A stretch of DNA of 64,000 bases from Oceanispirochaeta sp. (GCA_963666275.2 CAXXOA010000001.1:2528001-2592000), one strand, 5' to 3'; counted from the first letter of the stretch, positions 27,359 through 37,551 are shown. Numbers and translations: made by a program. Notes: a model not told the origin generated them from the sequence alone.

Positions 27359-29409
27359 GCGGGCCCTTCTCCTCTATTGAGCCATTTATTACATGTTTTT
27401 TCATATGGGATTTTCATATCAGAAAGCCATCGTTCAACATATTTCGGATCATGGCTGTTGGGCGTGGGATTTACATGATCAATATGCACTTGAATAGGCG
27501 TTCTAACACAATCTCCGGTAATAATGGCATTCTGTTGCGGAATGATCGCCAGCTGATCAAGGATGTCCGCACTGGCGCTTGAAACCAAACCTTTCACATA
27601 TTTTTGATCATCAGGGTTTTGTAATCTGTGTATTATAAATGAATTACATTGGGATAAAACCGTTTTTGACAATTCCGAAGGACGCTGACTGCAAACAATA
27701 AGAGAAATCCCATATTTACGACCTTCCCTGGCAATTCTTTCGAAAACTTTTTTCGCTACAGATTCAGAGTTTTCGGCAATATAATTCTGAGCTTCTTCCA
27801 GTACTATAACAATGGGATATTGACCCCTCTCTTCCTGCATAAAATGAGAGACAAATTCAATGATGATTCTGCCGATTAATGCTGTAACAGTTTCCAATAC
27901 TTCATAGGGCAATTCCGATACATCTATGATTGAAATCTGATGAGTTCTCCCTTTATCATGAACTATTTCATTTTCATTATAGTCTTTTATGAAACTGTTT
28001 TTAGATTCTGATTTAAAAAGCCGGTTAAAATCTCCCAATAGGAAAGCAATAAAATGAGCCAAAATATCTTTATTATTAGCATTGTTATCTTTCAACATCA
28101 AAGGAATCGCCATCCGTTTGTCATTGAGAAAACTGTTCATCCTCAAACGTAATGTAGAAAGAAATTCAGAAATACGATTATTACTCCTTCCCTCTTGCTC
28201 AATTGCAGCTTCAATAAACTTGGTACATAATTCCTGATAGCTAAACCACAATGGCAAATCAATATTTTGTTCACTCGCGATTTGTTCCTGTTCAATTTTC
28301 ACCTGGTTTTTCTTAATAAAACTGATCATAGCAGTTATTTGCTCAGGAGTAGGACAAGGTGCATTTCTTACAAAACTTAAATTTTGTATCGTTTCAGGTA
28401 ACTTATGTTTGAAAGAATTATATGAATTTGCTAATGACTGTGCTTTCCACCAATCGCCAGATCTCGCAATTGTTGATAATGTATTTAGATGCTCTAATTC
28501 TAATATATCCAATTCAGGATCTTCAGTTGTTGAATCTTCATGTTGATAATTTTTTGCTAAACCTATGGCTCTATTCAAAACAGGAGCTTGGGTTCCTTCA
28601 CTAGGATGAAGAAGATGAGAAAAGTCATTCCAGTTCATAAACCAATAGGGTATCTTGACCTCTTCATCCCCTCCATAATAATAGGCATTTATTTGTTGTA
28701 GTTCTTCCTTATTATTGGGATTAAGACTCTCAATATTCTCAGGTAAAAAAGCTTCTTTATATTCACCATTAGTATCAAAAATGACAAAGTGTGCATTCTG
28801 GAGTTGTTTATCCCCATATGGATACCTAAAGAGGTTCCGAATGATGGATGTGAATGTACAGGATTTCCCGGAACCGGTATTGCCGAGTATAGCGGCATGT
28901 TTTACAAAAAATTGGTCGGGACAGATTTTCACTTTGTAATTTGAAAAAATAGGTGACGTCCCTACAGGAAGGAAATAATCCTTTTGATAATCAATATTTT
29001 CTGTATCAACCTTATCATCGAAGATTAGTTTCAGATCCTTTTCTGTTACATACCAGACAGGGTTATCCAAAGCGGGAAAGTTATAGACACCTTGAATAAA
29101 CTTTTCCTGACTGGAATCTTTTGTAATTGTTCCCAGCATGGTGGCAGAAATATAACGGGCAGAACTGGGCAAGGTAATACTTGAAGATTTGGTTTCAAAC
29201 TCCAGTTCCTCTTTCATAGTGATCCTGGTTATTAGAGCGACGACCCGGTCTGCCCCTACTGGAATTATCAAATAGGAATTGATTCTGGCTATTTCATAAA
29301 TATCATGTATTCCGTTGGTATAGGGGCCATTATGTTCATCATCAATTTTTATATACACCCGGAAATTATCAACCGACAGGACTTTTCCAATGACTCTATT
29401 GTTTGTCAT
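27355..29409 (-). CDS. herA: HerA-family ATPase (Sir2-HerA defence partner)
   Basis: N-terminal HAS-like barrel (IGKVLSV), Walker A GNTGSGKS, FDTNGEY, Walker B VLEEAQNY, IAREGRKYG, SQRPSEL. Confidence 0.93.
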   Translation of the reverse strand: MTNNRVIGKVLSVDNFRVYIKIDDEHNGPYTNGIHDIYEIARINSYLIIPVGADRVVALITRITMKEELEFETKSSSITLPSSARYISATMLGTITKDSSQEKFIQGVYNFPALDNPVWYVTEKDLKLIFDDKVDTENIDYQKDYFLPVGTSPIFSNYKVKICPDQFFVKHAAILGNTGSGKSCTFTSIIRNLFRYPYGDKQLQNAHFVIFDTNGEYKEAFLPENIESLNPNNKEELQQINAYYYGGDEEVKIPYWFMNWNDFSHLLHPSEGTQAPVLNRAIGLAKNYQHEDSTTEDPELDILELEHLNTLSTIARSGDWWKAQSLANSYNSFKHKLPETIQNLSFVRNAPCPTPEQITAMISFIKKNQVKIEQEQIASEQNIDLPLWFSYQELCTKFIEAAIEQEGRSNNRISEFLSTLRLRMNSFLNDKRMAIPLMLKDNNANNKDILAHFIAFLLGDFNRLFKSESKNSFIKDYNENEIVHDKGRTHQISIIDVSELPYEVLETVTALIGRIIIEFVSHFMQEERGQYPIVIVLEEAQNYIAENSESVAKKVFERIAREGRKYGISLIVCSQRPSELSKTVLSQCNSFIIHRLQNPDDQKYVKGLVSSASADILDQLAIIPQQNAIITGDCVRTPIQVHIDHVNPTPNSHDPKYVERWLSDMKIPYEKTCNKWLNRGEGPA

Positions 29410-30568
29410 CAGTTTTTCCTTTTCCGTCTGGATAGAGTTTCTGAAGAGTTTCATGAACCATTTGATTCTCTTCCTCTTCATAAAGATCAGGAAGAATATT
29501 TTCTACAAAACTGGTAAATGTTGATTTATTCAGGTCATCCTGATCAAGAATTATGATCCTTTTATCATCTAATGCTCGGAATTTCTCAATTTGAGATTCG
29601 GGATCTATTGTTTCCGCATAATTCACTATAATAAGAGTAAATGATGGAATAGAGAGGGCCTGGTTAATAATATCGTTGATATGCTCATCATAAAAAGAGT
29701 AACCAATACACAACAGAACCGATTGGGGTTTGTTTATTGCCTGGGCAAATTGCCGAAACAGTTCAGAATAGGGTAAATCCAAAGTAAATGTTTTTTTACT
29801 GACACAGGGATAAATCATCAGTTCTTTATTTTCAGGAATCTTAAAGTCCTCATTCAGAGGAATCTCTTTAATGCCATATGTATTACTTATGGAAGGAGTT
29901 GTTGAGAGCCAGGACAGGGAACCGTGCAGTTTGTAATATCTTAGAACTTTTTCCGCTCTGTACACCTTCCCGGAGACGCTTTGTCCCGGATAGTACAAAT
30001 CATAATCATACACTTCCGGTCGGAAACAGCGGTTGTGAACACCCATAAACCCATTTATGTAGTGGACTCCTAAATTATCCAGAGCATAATCGAAGGCCAT
30101 GTCATAGTTTGTTGTAAACAGATTTACCCTGCTGAGATTATTCGGCCTCTGCAGCAGCTTTTTAATAAGCATTTCATGATAATGATAGCGGTTTTGCTGC
30201 AATTTTTGATTGGCCTGATAGGATTCATTAATTGTTGTTTTTTCCGTATTGCATTTCTCAAATAACCAGGTTTGCATTTTGGTAATGGAATCATCAATAT
30301 CTTTTGTAGAATCCCCTTTGTTCTCGTTGATAAATCGATCAGCTTGGAGACAGTTGAATAGATCTTCAAAGGAGGGAGTCAATTCTTCCGGGAAATAGCG
30401 ATTTATTTCTTCTATTAAATCATTTTTTAAATCGTCAGGTATTGTGCGGATAACAGGAGCTCCTAGATGAAAACTTGTTCCGGCTCCTGTTAGTATATTT
30501 ACATTTTCAAGGTTAAGGTATTTCTTAATCCGTAATTTCAATTCCGCCAATTCCCGGTCTTCCATCAC
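29396..30568 (-). CDS. SIR2-family NADase-like protein
   Basis: LTGAGTS, FTTNYD, YKLHGSLSW, IGYSFYDEHIN. Confidence 0.93.
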   Translation of the reverse strand: MMEDRELAELKLRIKKYLNLENVNILTGAGTSFHLGAPVIRTIPDDLKNDLIEEINRYFPEELTPSFEDLFNCLQADRFINENKGDSTKDIDDSITKMQTWLFEKCNTEKTTINESYQANQKLQQNRYHYHEMLIKKLLQRPNNLSRVNLFTTNYDMAFDYALDNLGVHYINGFMGVHNRCFRPEVYDYDLYYPGQSVSGKVYRAEKVLRYYKLHGSLSWLSTTPSISNTYGIKEIPLNEDFKIPENKELMIYPCVSKKTFTLDLPYSELFRQFAQAINKPQSVLLCIGYSFYDEHINDIINQALSIPSFTLIIVNYAETIDPESQIEKFRALDDKRIIILDQDDLNKSTFTSFVENILPDLYEEEENQMVHETLQKLYPDGKGKTDDKQ

Positions 30569-31758
30569 AACTCTCCGTGAAAAGCTTTTTGTAGAATGGA
30601 GTTTTTTAGATTTTCCAAACTGTCTATTTTTTTCTGATATTTCGATATTAATATCTTCTGCTTATTCTTTAACTCTTTAATATCTTTAGCGATTATCTCC
30701 TGTTCTCTAAGTGATGGGAAATTAATAATATACTCTTTTAATTTTGAAGCACTGATATTAGCTTGGTTTACACTTGAAGACATTACTGAATACCCATAAT
30801 CTCTAATCTTTTGAGAATTAAGAAAATAGTTCAAAAAATAACCGTTTAAGATATTTCTTTTATATTTTACATTGATTAAATATCCAGCATAAATAGCTGG
30901 TTTAAATCCTTTATATATAGCAGTTTTCCCAACTAACTCAGGACTATTAGTGCGATTAAATAGGACATCATCTTTTTCCAGTTTGAATTTATCAATTTCA
31001 TTTATATTATTAGTATACTTTAAGTCTACCCATTCAATCTGGCAATCCTGTATGTTTCCCATTCTTAAGACAGCCACTTCACCAGAAGTTTCCGATTTGG
31101 ATGAAGTTCCATATTGCATTTTTTCACAAACCTCCCCCAACCTCTTCTCTTCCCACCCCTCACCTTTCTGCGAAAAGATCTCATTCAACTTACTCTGAAA
31201 CAACTCTTTGGCGTTTTCAATATTCCGTTCAATATTGGCTTTAGCCCGGTCTATAGCAGCAAAGGCTTTATCAAGTTTGGCAACAATTTGTTTTTGTTCT
31301 GAAATGGGAGGAATAAAAATAGGAATTTTTCTTAATAATTTTGATTTTATCCCAATAACTGTTGCGCCTGTTCCATTCGATAGAATTCTAGTTCTTACTT
31401 CTGGTGATAGAAGCATGTATTTAAGAAAATCTTGGCTTATCTTTCCACTATCAGGTTGCATAACAATGATTCTCTGGGCGAATGCAACTTTCTCTTCATT
31501 AGGTATCTGTGCAACATTTGCTAATGGAGCTTCTGTTGTAAAAATAACATCCCCCTTATTTGGAATACCTCGTGACATCCAGGTTTCATAATTATCTTCA
31601 GCAATAAATTCTTGGGGTTCGATTTCTAAATATCCCAATTTCACATTCTTTGCCGTGATCAGTCTTACTCCTGAGGCTGTCTTTTCAGGAGTTCGACCTC
31701 GATAATCTATTAGATTTATATATCTCTCTAATTCAACTTCTTCCCACCCTTCTCTCAT
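30565..31758 (-). CDS. hsdS: Type I R-M specificity subunit
   Basis: Two TRDs with repeated conserved regions WEEVEL...PPISEQKQIV and WEEKRLGEV...PSLREQ; ends LQKAFHGEL. Confidence 0.95.
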   Translation of the reverse strand: MREGWEEVELERYINLIDYRGRTPEKTASGVRLITAKNVKLGYLEIEPQEFIAEDNYETWMSRGIPNKGDVIFTTEAPLANVAQIPNEEKVAFAQRIIVMQPDSGKISQDFLKYMLLSPEVRTRILSNGTGATVIGIKSKLLRKIPIFIPPISEQKQIVAKLDKAFAAIDRAKANIERNIENAKELFQSKLNEIFSQKGEGWEEKRLGEVCEKMQYGTSSKSETSGEVAVLRMGNIQDCQIEWVDLKYTNNINEIDKFKLEKDDVLFNRTNSPELVGKTAIYKGFKPAIYAGYLINVKYKRNILNGYFLNYFLNSQKIRDYGYSVMSSSVNQANISASKLKEYIINFPSLREQEIIAKDIKELKNKQKILISKYQKKIDSLENLKNSILQKAFHGEL

Positions 31759-33212
31759 ATCAACTCCCGAATAGAATCAATAATCGAAGCAGTTTCAGCA
31801 TCCAAAGCCGCCATCTCATCCAAAATCTCTTTCGGAGACCGTAAAGGCTCCTCTTCCGGAGTATTAGGATTCTTCACAGAAAGATCACACGTAGCCTCAT
31901 CCACATCAGCCACTTTTAGATTCCAGCTCTTCTCCGTTTCCGGTTTGGAAGCCTGCAGCTGAACAAACTCTTCCATATCCTGATCATTCAAAGGATTGGT
32001 TTTCCCCAAACTCCGCCCCGGATCCAGCTGGTAAAACCAAATATTCTTTGTAGGTTCCCCTTTTTGAAAAAACAGGACCACCGTTTTTACACCGGCCCCT
32101 AAAAAAGTCTTCTGCGGCATATCCAGTACTGTATGGAGGTTGCAGCTTTCCAACAGATGCTTACGTAAACTCACGCTGGCATTGTCGGTATTGCTTAAAA
32201 AGGTATTTTTGATAACGATGGCCGCCCTGCCCCCGGTTTTTAGACTCTTGATAAAATGCTGTAAAAACAGAAAAGCCGTCTCTCCAGTTTTGATATCGAA
32301 GTTCTGCTGAACCTCTTTCCGTTCTTTCCCACCGAAAGGAGGATTGGCCAAAATCACATGGAAACGGTTTTTCTCCTGAATATCCCGGATGCTTTCACCC
32401 AATGTATTGGTATGAATCAAATTGGGAGCTTCAATCCCATGGAGAATCATATTCATCGTACCGATCACATAAGCAAGATTCTTTTTCTCTTTACCGTAAA
32501 AAGTATCTTCCTGTAAAGTTTTCAGATTAGTTGTACTCTTTTCCATCCGTTCATACATATACTCAAAGGCTTCGCATAGGAACCCGCAAGACCCGGCGGC
32601 CCCATCGTAAACTTTCTCGCCGATCTGGGGATCAATCACCTGAATCATGGCACGGATCAAAGGACGGGGCGTATAGTACTGCCCGCCGTTCCGCCCGGCA
32701 TTTCCCATATTTTTGATTTTCGTTTCATACAGGTGACTCAATTCATGCTTTTCTTTTTGGGTCTGGAACTCCAAATCATCAATATATTCCAAAATCTCCC
32801 GCAGGTTATAACCGCTTTGAATCCGGTTTTTAAGCTCCGAAAAAATCTCTCCAATTTTGTATTCGATTGTTTTAGGATTCTCAGCTGCTTTTTGTTTAAA
32901 CTCAGCAAGATAGGGAAAGAGTTTCATATCCACAAACTGGACCAGGTCGGGACCGGTTAAAGCTACATGATGATCAATTTGTCCATTGTCCCCTTTCGGC
33001 ATAGCCCAGTTGGGCCAACGAAACTCTTCATCAAGAATGAACTTGTACTCTTCCCCGCGCAGTTCTGCTTCATCCGCCTTTATTTGCTCCAGTTCATCCA
33101 GGTATCTGAGGAATAAAATCCAGGAAGTTTGGCCGATATAGTCCAGTTCGCTATCGGCTCCGGCATCCTTAAAGAGGATATCATCTATATTTTTAAATGT
33201 TTGTTCAAACAT
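31755..33212 (-). CDS. hsdM: Type I R-M N6-adenine methyltransferase
   Basis: GQYYTPR, DGAAGSCGFL, NPPF; start MFEQTFKNID with AAGGAAG RBS. Confidence 0.95.
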   Translation of the reverse strand: MFEQTFKNIDDILFKDAGADSELDYIGQTSWILFLRYLDELEQIKADEAELRGEEYKFILDEEFRWPNWAMPKGDNGQIDHHVALTGPDLVQFVDMKLFPYLAEFKQKAAENPKTIEYKIGEIFSELKNRIQSGYNLREILEYIDDLEFQTQKEKHELSHLYETKIKNMGNAGRNGGQYYTPRPLIRAMIQVIDPQIGEKVYDGAAGSCGFLCEAFEYMYERMEKSTTNLKTLQEDTFYGKEKKNLAYVIGTMNMILHGIEAPNLIHTNTLGESIRDIQEKNRFHVILANPPFGGKERKEVQQNFDIKTGETAFLFLQHFIKSLKTGGRAAIVIKNTFLSNTDNASVSLRKHLLESCNLHTVLDMPQKTFLGAGVKTVVLFFQKGEPTKNIWFYQLDPGRSLGKTNPLNDQDMEEFVQLQASKPETEKSWNLKVADVDEATCDLSVKNPNTPEEEPLRSPKEILDEMAALDAETASIIDSIRELI

Positions 33213-33500
33213 GTTGCTTCCTTGCTGTTTTTTTAATTTCTCAATAAGAGTCTTAACTATTGTATCAAAAGATACAAAAAATGACATAGAAATATTCTCA
33301 CTCCAATTCTTCAATAATCCCATAAGAAGCAATAATTCCATTCTTGAAGGAGCAAAAACAGACCTGGAACTGTTTGACCTTCTGGGGCGATACATAACAG
33401 GCCTCCTCTCCTACAAGGGAGTGGAAAAAAACAGAATAGAAGAATATATTAATAGGAAAATGAACAATCCTGACCCCAACAAAAAAGAAGTAAACTCCCC

Positions 33501-34097
33501 ATGCAAAACATAATATTCGACCTGGGCAACGTCCTGATCAACTACAATCCCCGGGAATACCTGAAACAGCAGAACCTTACTCCCGAAGAAACAGACTTTC
33601 TGATGAAAGAACTCTACGGCAGCCCCGAATGGGTCGAACTGGACCTGGGAACCATCACCAGGCAGGAAGCCCTGAAAGCCATCACCGAGCGCCATGTAAA
33701 CCGGAAGGACCTGATCCTCCAGTACGCCCGATTCGAAGACCTCCTGACCCCTATAGAAGAAAATATAGCAATCTACCTGGCACTGGTAGAAAAGGGATAC
33801 CCCACCTACTACCTGAGCAACTACCACAAAGAAGCCTTCGAAAACGCCCGCACCAGCCACCCCTTCTTCAAACACTTCCGGGGAGGCATCGTCTCGGCCT
33901 ATGTAAACGCCGTAAAACCCGGCCGGGAAATCTACCGGATCCTCCTGGACACCTACAACCTGAATCCCGCAGACTGTCTCTTCATAGACGACACCAAGGC
34001 CAACACCCAAACCGCCGCCGCCCTGGACTTCCAAACCCTCCACCTCCCCACCCCGAAAGACCTATCCCCCCAACTAAAATCCCTAAACCTAATATAA
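33501..34097 (+). CDS. HAD-family phosphatase (YihX-like)
   Basis: IFDLGNVL, LSN, KP, FIDD motifs. Confidence 0.92.
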   Translation: MQNIIFDLGNVLINYNPREYLKQQNLTPEETDFLMKELYGSPEWVELDLGTITRQEALKAITERHVNRKDLILQYARFEDLLTPIEENIAIYLALVEKGYPTYYLSNYHKEAFENARTSHPFFKHFRGGIVSAYVNAVKPGREIYRILLDTYNLNPADCLFIDDTKANTQTAAALDFQTLHLPTPKDLSPQLKSLNLI

Positions 34098-34112
34098 AAA
34101 CATAACCCCTCG

Positions 34113-34460
34113 CCTCATGGGCTGGTCGGAAGCAGGCTTCCTGCTCGCCTATGCAACCAGAGGAGAGGGGATTAAGGGGAGAGCGGTGGAAAACCATATT
34201 CCCCTGGTCCCTGAGCAGAGGACTCCACTGAGCGTAGTCGAAGTGCCGAAGGGGGTCAGGGGGAGGCCGAACCCCCAAAACACTGAATACAACCAAAACA
34301 ATTAACCAAACAAATAATCTTAACCTGAAAAAAACATTCCCCCCTCGCCCTCTGGGAGAGGGGCCGGGGGAGAGGGTTGGTGAGCCTCATGGGCTGGTCG
34401 GAAGCAAGCTTCCTGCTCGCCTATGCGACCAGAGGAGAGGGGCCGGGGGAGAGGGTTGAA
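34113..34460. repeat. Cluster of REP-like palindromic elements
   Basis: Two ~58-bp near-identical copies CCTCATGGGCTGGTCGGAAGCA(G/A)GCTTCCTGCTCGCCTATGC...GGAGAGGGG; nested CCCTGAGC...CACTGAGCGTAGTCGAAGTG...CCGAAGGG at 34209-34253; GGGAGAGGGGCCGGGGGAGAGGG units. Confidence 0.85.
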
Positions 34461-34496
34461 AAGAAGTTAAACTCCCAGAGTAAGCAACTTTCCCCC

Positions 34497-34524
34497 TTGA
34501 CAAAAAACTAACGAATGTTAGTAT
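34497..34524 (+). promoter_or_regulatory. TetR promoter with overlapping operator ACTAAC-N4-GTTAGT (34507-34522)
   Basis: TTGACA-N16-TAGTAT; perfect 6-4-6 palindrome repeated at 35164-35179. Confidence 0.8.
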
Positions 34525-34531
34525 GTATATT

Positions 34532-35143
34532 GTGAATGAACCCAAAACCACCAAAACCAGAATATTCGAAGCCGCAGTGGAACTCTTTGCCGCCCGGGGA
34601 TACCACGGAACCTCTATCCGGGACCTGGCAAAAAAGGTGGGCATCAAGGAAAGTTCCATTTACAACCACTTTCCCGGAAAAGCCGCCATACTGCAGGCCA
34701 TTATGGACTATCAGATGGAAGGATTTCAGAACTCCCTGAAGGCCCTGGACAATCTGAAGGCCATGAACCTGGAGTTTACCGACCCCATCGAGTTCTGGCT
34801 GGCCGGAACCGAGGAGTTCCTCAAACATCAGCCCCCCCTGAACGAACCGGTATCCCGGATCATCATCAACGAGATGTTTCTGAACGAACAGTGCCGGGAC
34901 TTTGTGGTGAACAAACAGTACAAAGCCCAGAAGGAACTGACCCTGACCATCCTCACAGCCATGAGGGATATGGGGCTCATCCGGGACTGCAATATCAACA
35001 TGGCGGCGCAGCAGTATGTGTACATGATCCAGGGGCTGGAAATGGAAAACAAACTGCTCATGCTCCAGGGACAGTCGGAAAAAGAGAGCATTGCCCGGCT
35101 CATAGAGCATATGCGCTTTTTTATGGATGCCCTGAGGAAATAG
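34532..35143 (+). CDS. TetR/AcrR family regulator (probably leaderless, GTG start)
   Basis: TKTRIFEAAVELFAARGYHGTSIRDLAKKVGIKESSIYNHFPGK HTH. Confidence 0.92.
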   Translation: MNEPKTTKTRIFEAAVELFAARGYHGTSIRDLAKKVGIKESSIYNHFPGKAAILQAIMDYQMEGFQNSLKALDNLKAMNLEFTDPIEFWLAGTEEFLKHQPPLNEPVSRIIINEMFLNEQCRDFVVNKQYKAQKELTLTILTAMRDMGLIRDCNINMAAQQYVYMIQGLEMENKLLMLQGQSEKESIARLIEHMRFFMDALRK

Positions 35144-35163
35144 GATTTTTTTTGCTCACAAAC

Positions 35164-35179
35164 ACTAACAAACGTTAGT
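35164..35179. promoter_or_regulatory. Second TetR operator, upstream of the hydrolase
   Basis: ACTAAC-AAAC-GTTAGT. Confidence 0.8.
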
Positions 35180-35199
35180 TTCAAAAAAGGAGAACCATT

Positions 35200-36180
35200 A
35201 TGAAGAAAACCATCGGAGGAGTGATTCTGATAGCCGCAGGGCTGATCACCCTGTCCTGCCGGACAAACAGCAGCACCTCCCCGGCCGACCCATCCCTCTA
35301 TAATAATGAAGAGGGACGCCGGATCAGTTACGAAAGCTATGACACCGTGATGAACTGACTATGGCCGGAGAATTATGAAGAGAAGTGGATTCCCGGCGCC
35401 TACGGAGAGACTCACGTGATCCTGCTGGGAGAGGAAACAGCCCCTCCCCTCTTTCTGATCCCCGGGCTTTTTGCGGATGCCACCATGTGGTATGCCAATG
35501 CGGGCTCCCTCTCGCGCCACTACAGGGTGATTGCCCCGGATATGATCAACTACGGAGGTAAAAGCCGGCCTTCGGAGAAGCAGATAGAAACAGAAGAGGA
35601 CTACTTTCGGTGGTTTCAGGGCCTGATGGACGCACTGGGCTATGAGATGGCCGATCTGGCGGGCCTCTCCTACGGCAGCTGGCTGGCTCTGGCCCTGGCG
35701 GAAGCCCATCCCGAACTGGTCAGCTCCCTGGTCCTGCTGGATCCGTCGGAAACCTTTATGAAAATGGACGGCGGCATCGCCTGGAGGGGATTCAGAGACT
35801 TCGCCTTTTTCCCCAACCGGGACAAATACCGCCGCTTTTTCGACTGGATGGGTGGTGGAGTCTCCGACCCCGAGGCGGACCTGTGGCTGGAACACATGCT
35901 GGATGTGATCGAATACGGCTCTGTAGGCATGTTTGACATCCCCCAGCACCACATCTATCAGAAAGAAGACCTCACCCATGTGACCATGCCTGTCCTGATC
36001 CTGGCAGGAGGCAAACCCATAGTCTACAAAGACCCCGGGGAGTTTGCCCGAAACGCCCGGACAGCCTTGCCCCACGCGGAAATCCTCATCATCCCTGAAA
36101 CAGGCCACGGCCTGCACACGGAAAAACCCGAAGAAATTAACACCCTGATCCAGAACTTCCTGACCAGCCGAAAACACTAA
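35200..36180 (+). pseudogene. Lipoprotein alpha/beta hydrolase interrupted by an in-frame TGA at 35356-35358
   Basis: AAGGAG RBS, MKKTIGG...LITLSC lipobox; frame continues YDTVMN*LWPENYEEKW...GETHV; GLSYG nucleophile elbow and GHGL catalytic His intact. Confidence 0.8.
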
Positions 36181-36210
36181 TCCCACCACACAGCCCCCCT
36201 CTCCCCCGAT

Positions 36211-36255
36211 CCCTGAGCAGAGGACTCCACTGAGCGTAGCCGAAGTGCCGAAGGG
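36211..36255. repeat. Nested REP-like palindrome, direct copy of 34209-34253
   Basis: CCCTGAGCAGAGGACTCCACTGAGCGTAG(C/T)CGAAGTGCCGAAGGG, one mismatch between copies. Confidence 0.9.
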
Positions 36256-36443
36256 GGGGAAAGGGTCGGAAAAGAAGGGGGCCGGGGGGAGGCCCAGCAG
36301 CCCCAATTCAGCAAACAAATACAAATATGACAAATAAGTATAAACATAACAATTTTTTCCAGCCTCCTTTGCATGAACCTTCTATATCCAAATCTAAAAA
36401 ACCGCAGGATTATATTCTTACGAAGAATTTAGGAGGAAATATT

Positions 36444-37484
36444 ATGAAAAAGATTCTTTCGGCTTTTCTTATTTTGGGACTTCTCAGTGCGGGAATTTTC
36501 GCACAGGGGTCTACCGATTCAACAGGTTCAAAGGATTCTGGTTCTGAAAAAACTGTAGCCGGCATCGTATGGTACAACTACGGCGATACTTTTATCACGT
36601 CAGCGAGAAATGCAGTGAATGCAGCGGCAGAGTCAGGATCAATCAAATTGCTGTCAACAGATTCTCAAGGGGATATTGCCATACAGGCGAATAATATCAA
36701 TACGCTCCTGGCCAAAAATGTCGATTTCATCTGCATTAATAACATAAGCCCTAACGACAGTGCTTCCATGATCCAGAAAGCAAAAGACAGGGACATTCCG
36801 ATTCTTTTTATCAACTGTACCAGCCCCACCGAAGAGGAACTGAATTCCTACGACAAAGCCTACCATATCTCCAGTGCAGCAGAACAGTCCGGATGGATCC
36901 AGGGAGATGCTGTTTCCGCATACTGGAATACAAATAACAGGGCCGACAGGAACGGAAACGGCAAACTCGATTATGTAATGCTCGTAGGAATGCAGGGGAA
37001 CTATGATTCCCAGATGCGCACAGAAAAATCTATTGAAAGAGTTCATGAAAATAATATTAAGACGAACAACTTGCAGGAAATGCTCTGTAACTGGCAGAGA
37101 GGGGACGCTATGAATGCAGTCGCATCGATTCTTGCAGCAAATGGCAATGATATCGATGCCATATTTGCCAACAATGATGATATGGCGCTGGGGGCCATAG
37201 AAGCTTTAAAAGCATCCGGTTATTTCGGAAATGGTCCCTATATTCCTGTTGTGGGTGTTGATGCCACCAAAGTGGGTGTGCAGGCTATTGAGGATGGAAC
37301 CCTTCTTGCCACAAGTCTGAATAATCCTGTGACTCTGGGAAACACCATTTACAAAGTTCTTAGCCTTTTCAATGAAGGCAAACCCATTACATCAGAAGCA
37401 GTCGGTCAGAATGTGACAGGTAAACACATCTGGCTGGATTATGTAGCCATCACAAAAGAAAACATTCAGGATGCTTCATACTGA
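36444..37484 (+). CDS. Galactose/glucose-type sugar ABC substrate-binding protein (MglB-like)
   Basis: AGGAGG RBS; signal peptide; DRNGNGKLDY Ca-loop, ANNDDMALGA, VGVDA. Confidence 0.88.
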   Translation: MKKILSAFLILGLLSAGIFAQGSTDSTGSKDSGSEKTVAGIVWYNYGDTFITSARNAVNAAAESGSIKLLSTDSQGDIAIQANNINTLLAKNVDFICINNISPNDSASMIQKAKDRDIPILFINCTSPTEEELNSYDKAYHISSAAEQSGWIQGDAVSAYWNTNNRADRNGNGKLDYVMLVGMQGNYDSQMRTEKSIERVHENNIKTNNLQEMLCNWQRGDAMNAVASILAANGNDIDAIFANNDDMALGAIEALKASGYFGNGPYIPVVGVDATKVGVQAIEDGTLLATSLNNPVTLGNTIYKVLSLFNEGKPITSEAVGQNVTGKHIWLDYVAITKENIQDASY

Positions 37485-37551
37485 GCAGCAGAAAATTCTG
37501 AAAATTAGGGAGCCTTTCCAAAAGGCTTCCCTATTCACTGAAGGAGAACTT

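Noticed and set aside
33213..33395. N-terminal extension of hsdM in the ORF track (likewise for hsdR, herA, mglB, mglA and the sigma54 activator)
   Set aside because: Downstream ATGs have RBSs or match family N-termini, so starts were reassigned
34117..34305. 62-aa ORF and neighbouring short ORFs
   Set aside because: Fall entirely within REP-like palindromic repeats
35356..35358. Genome-wide TGA recoding (genetic code 4 or 25)
   Set aside because: TGA terminates many well-defined genes here (e.g. rsgA, leuA, hsdM); only one in-frame case was seen
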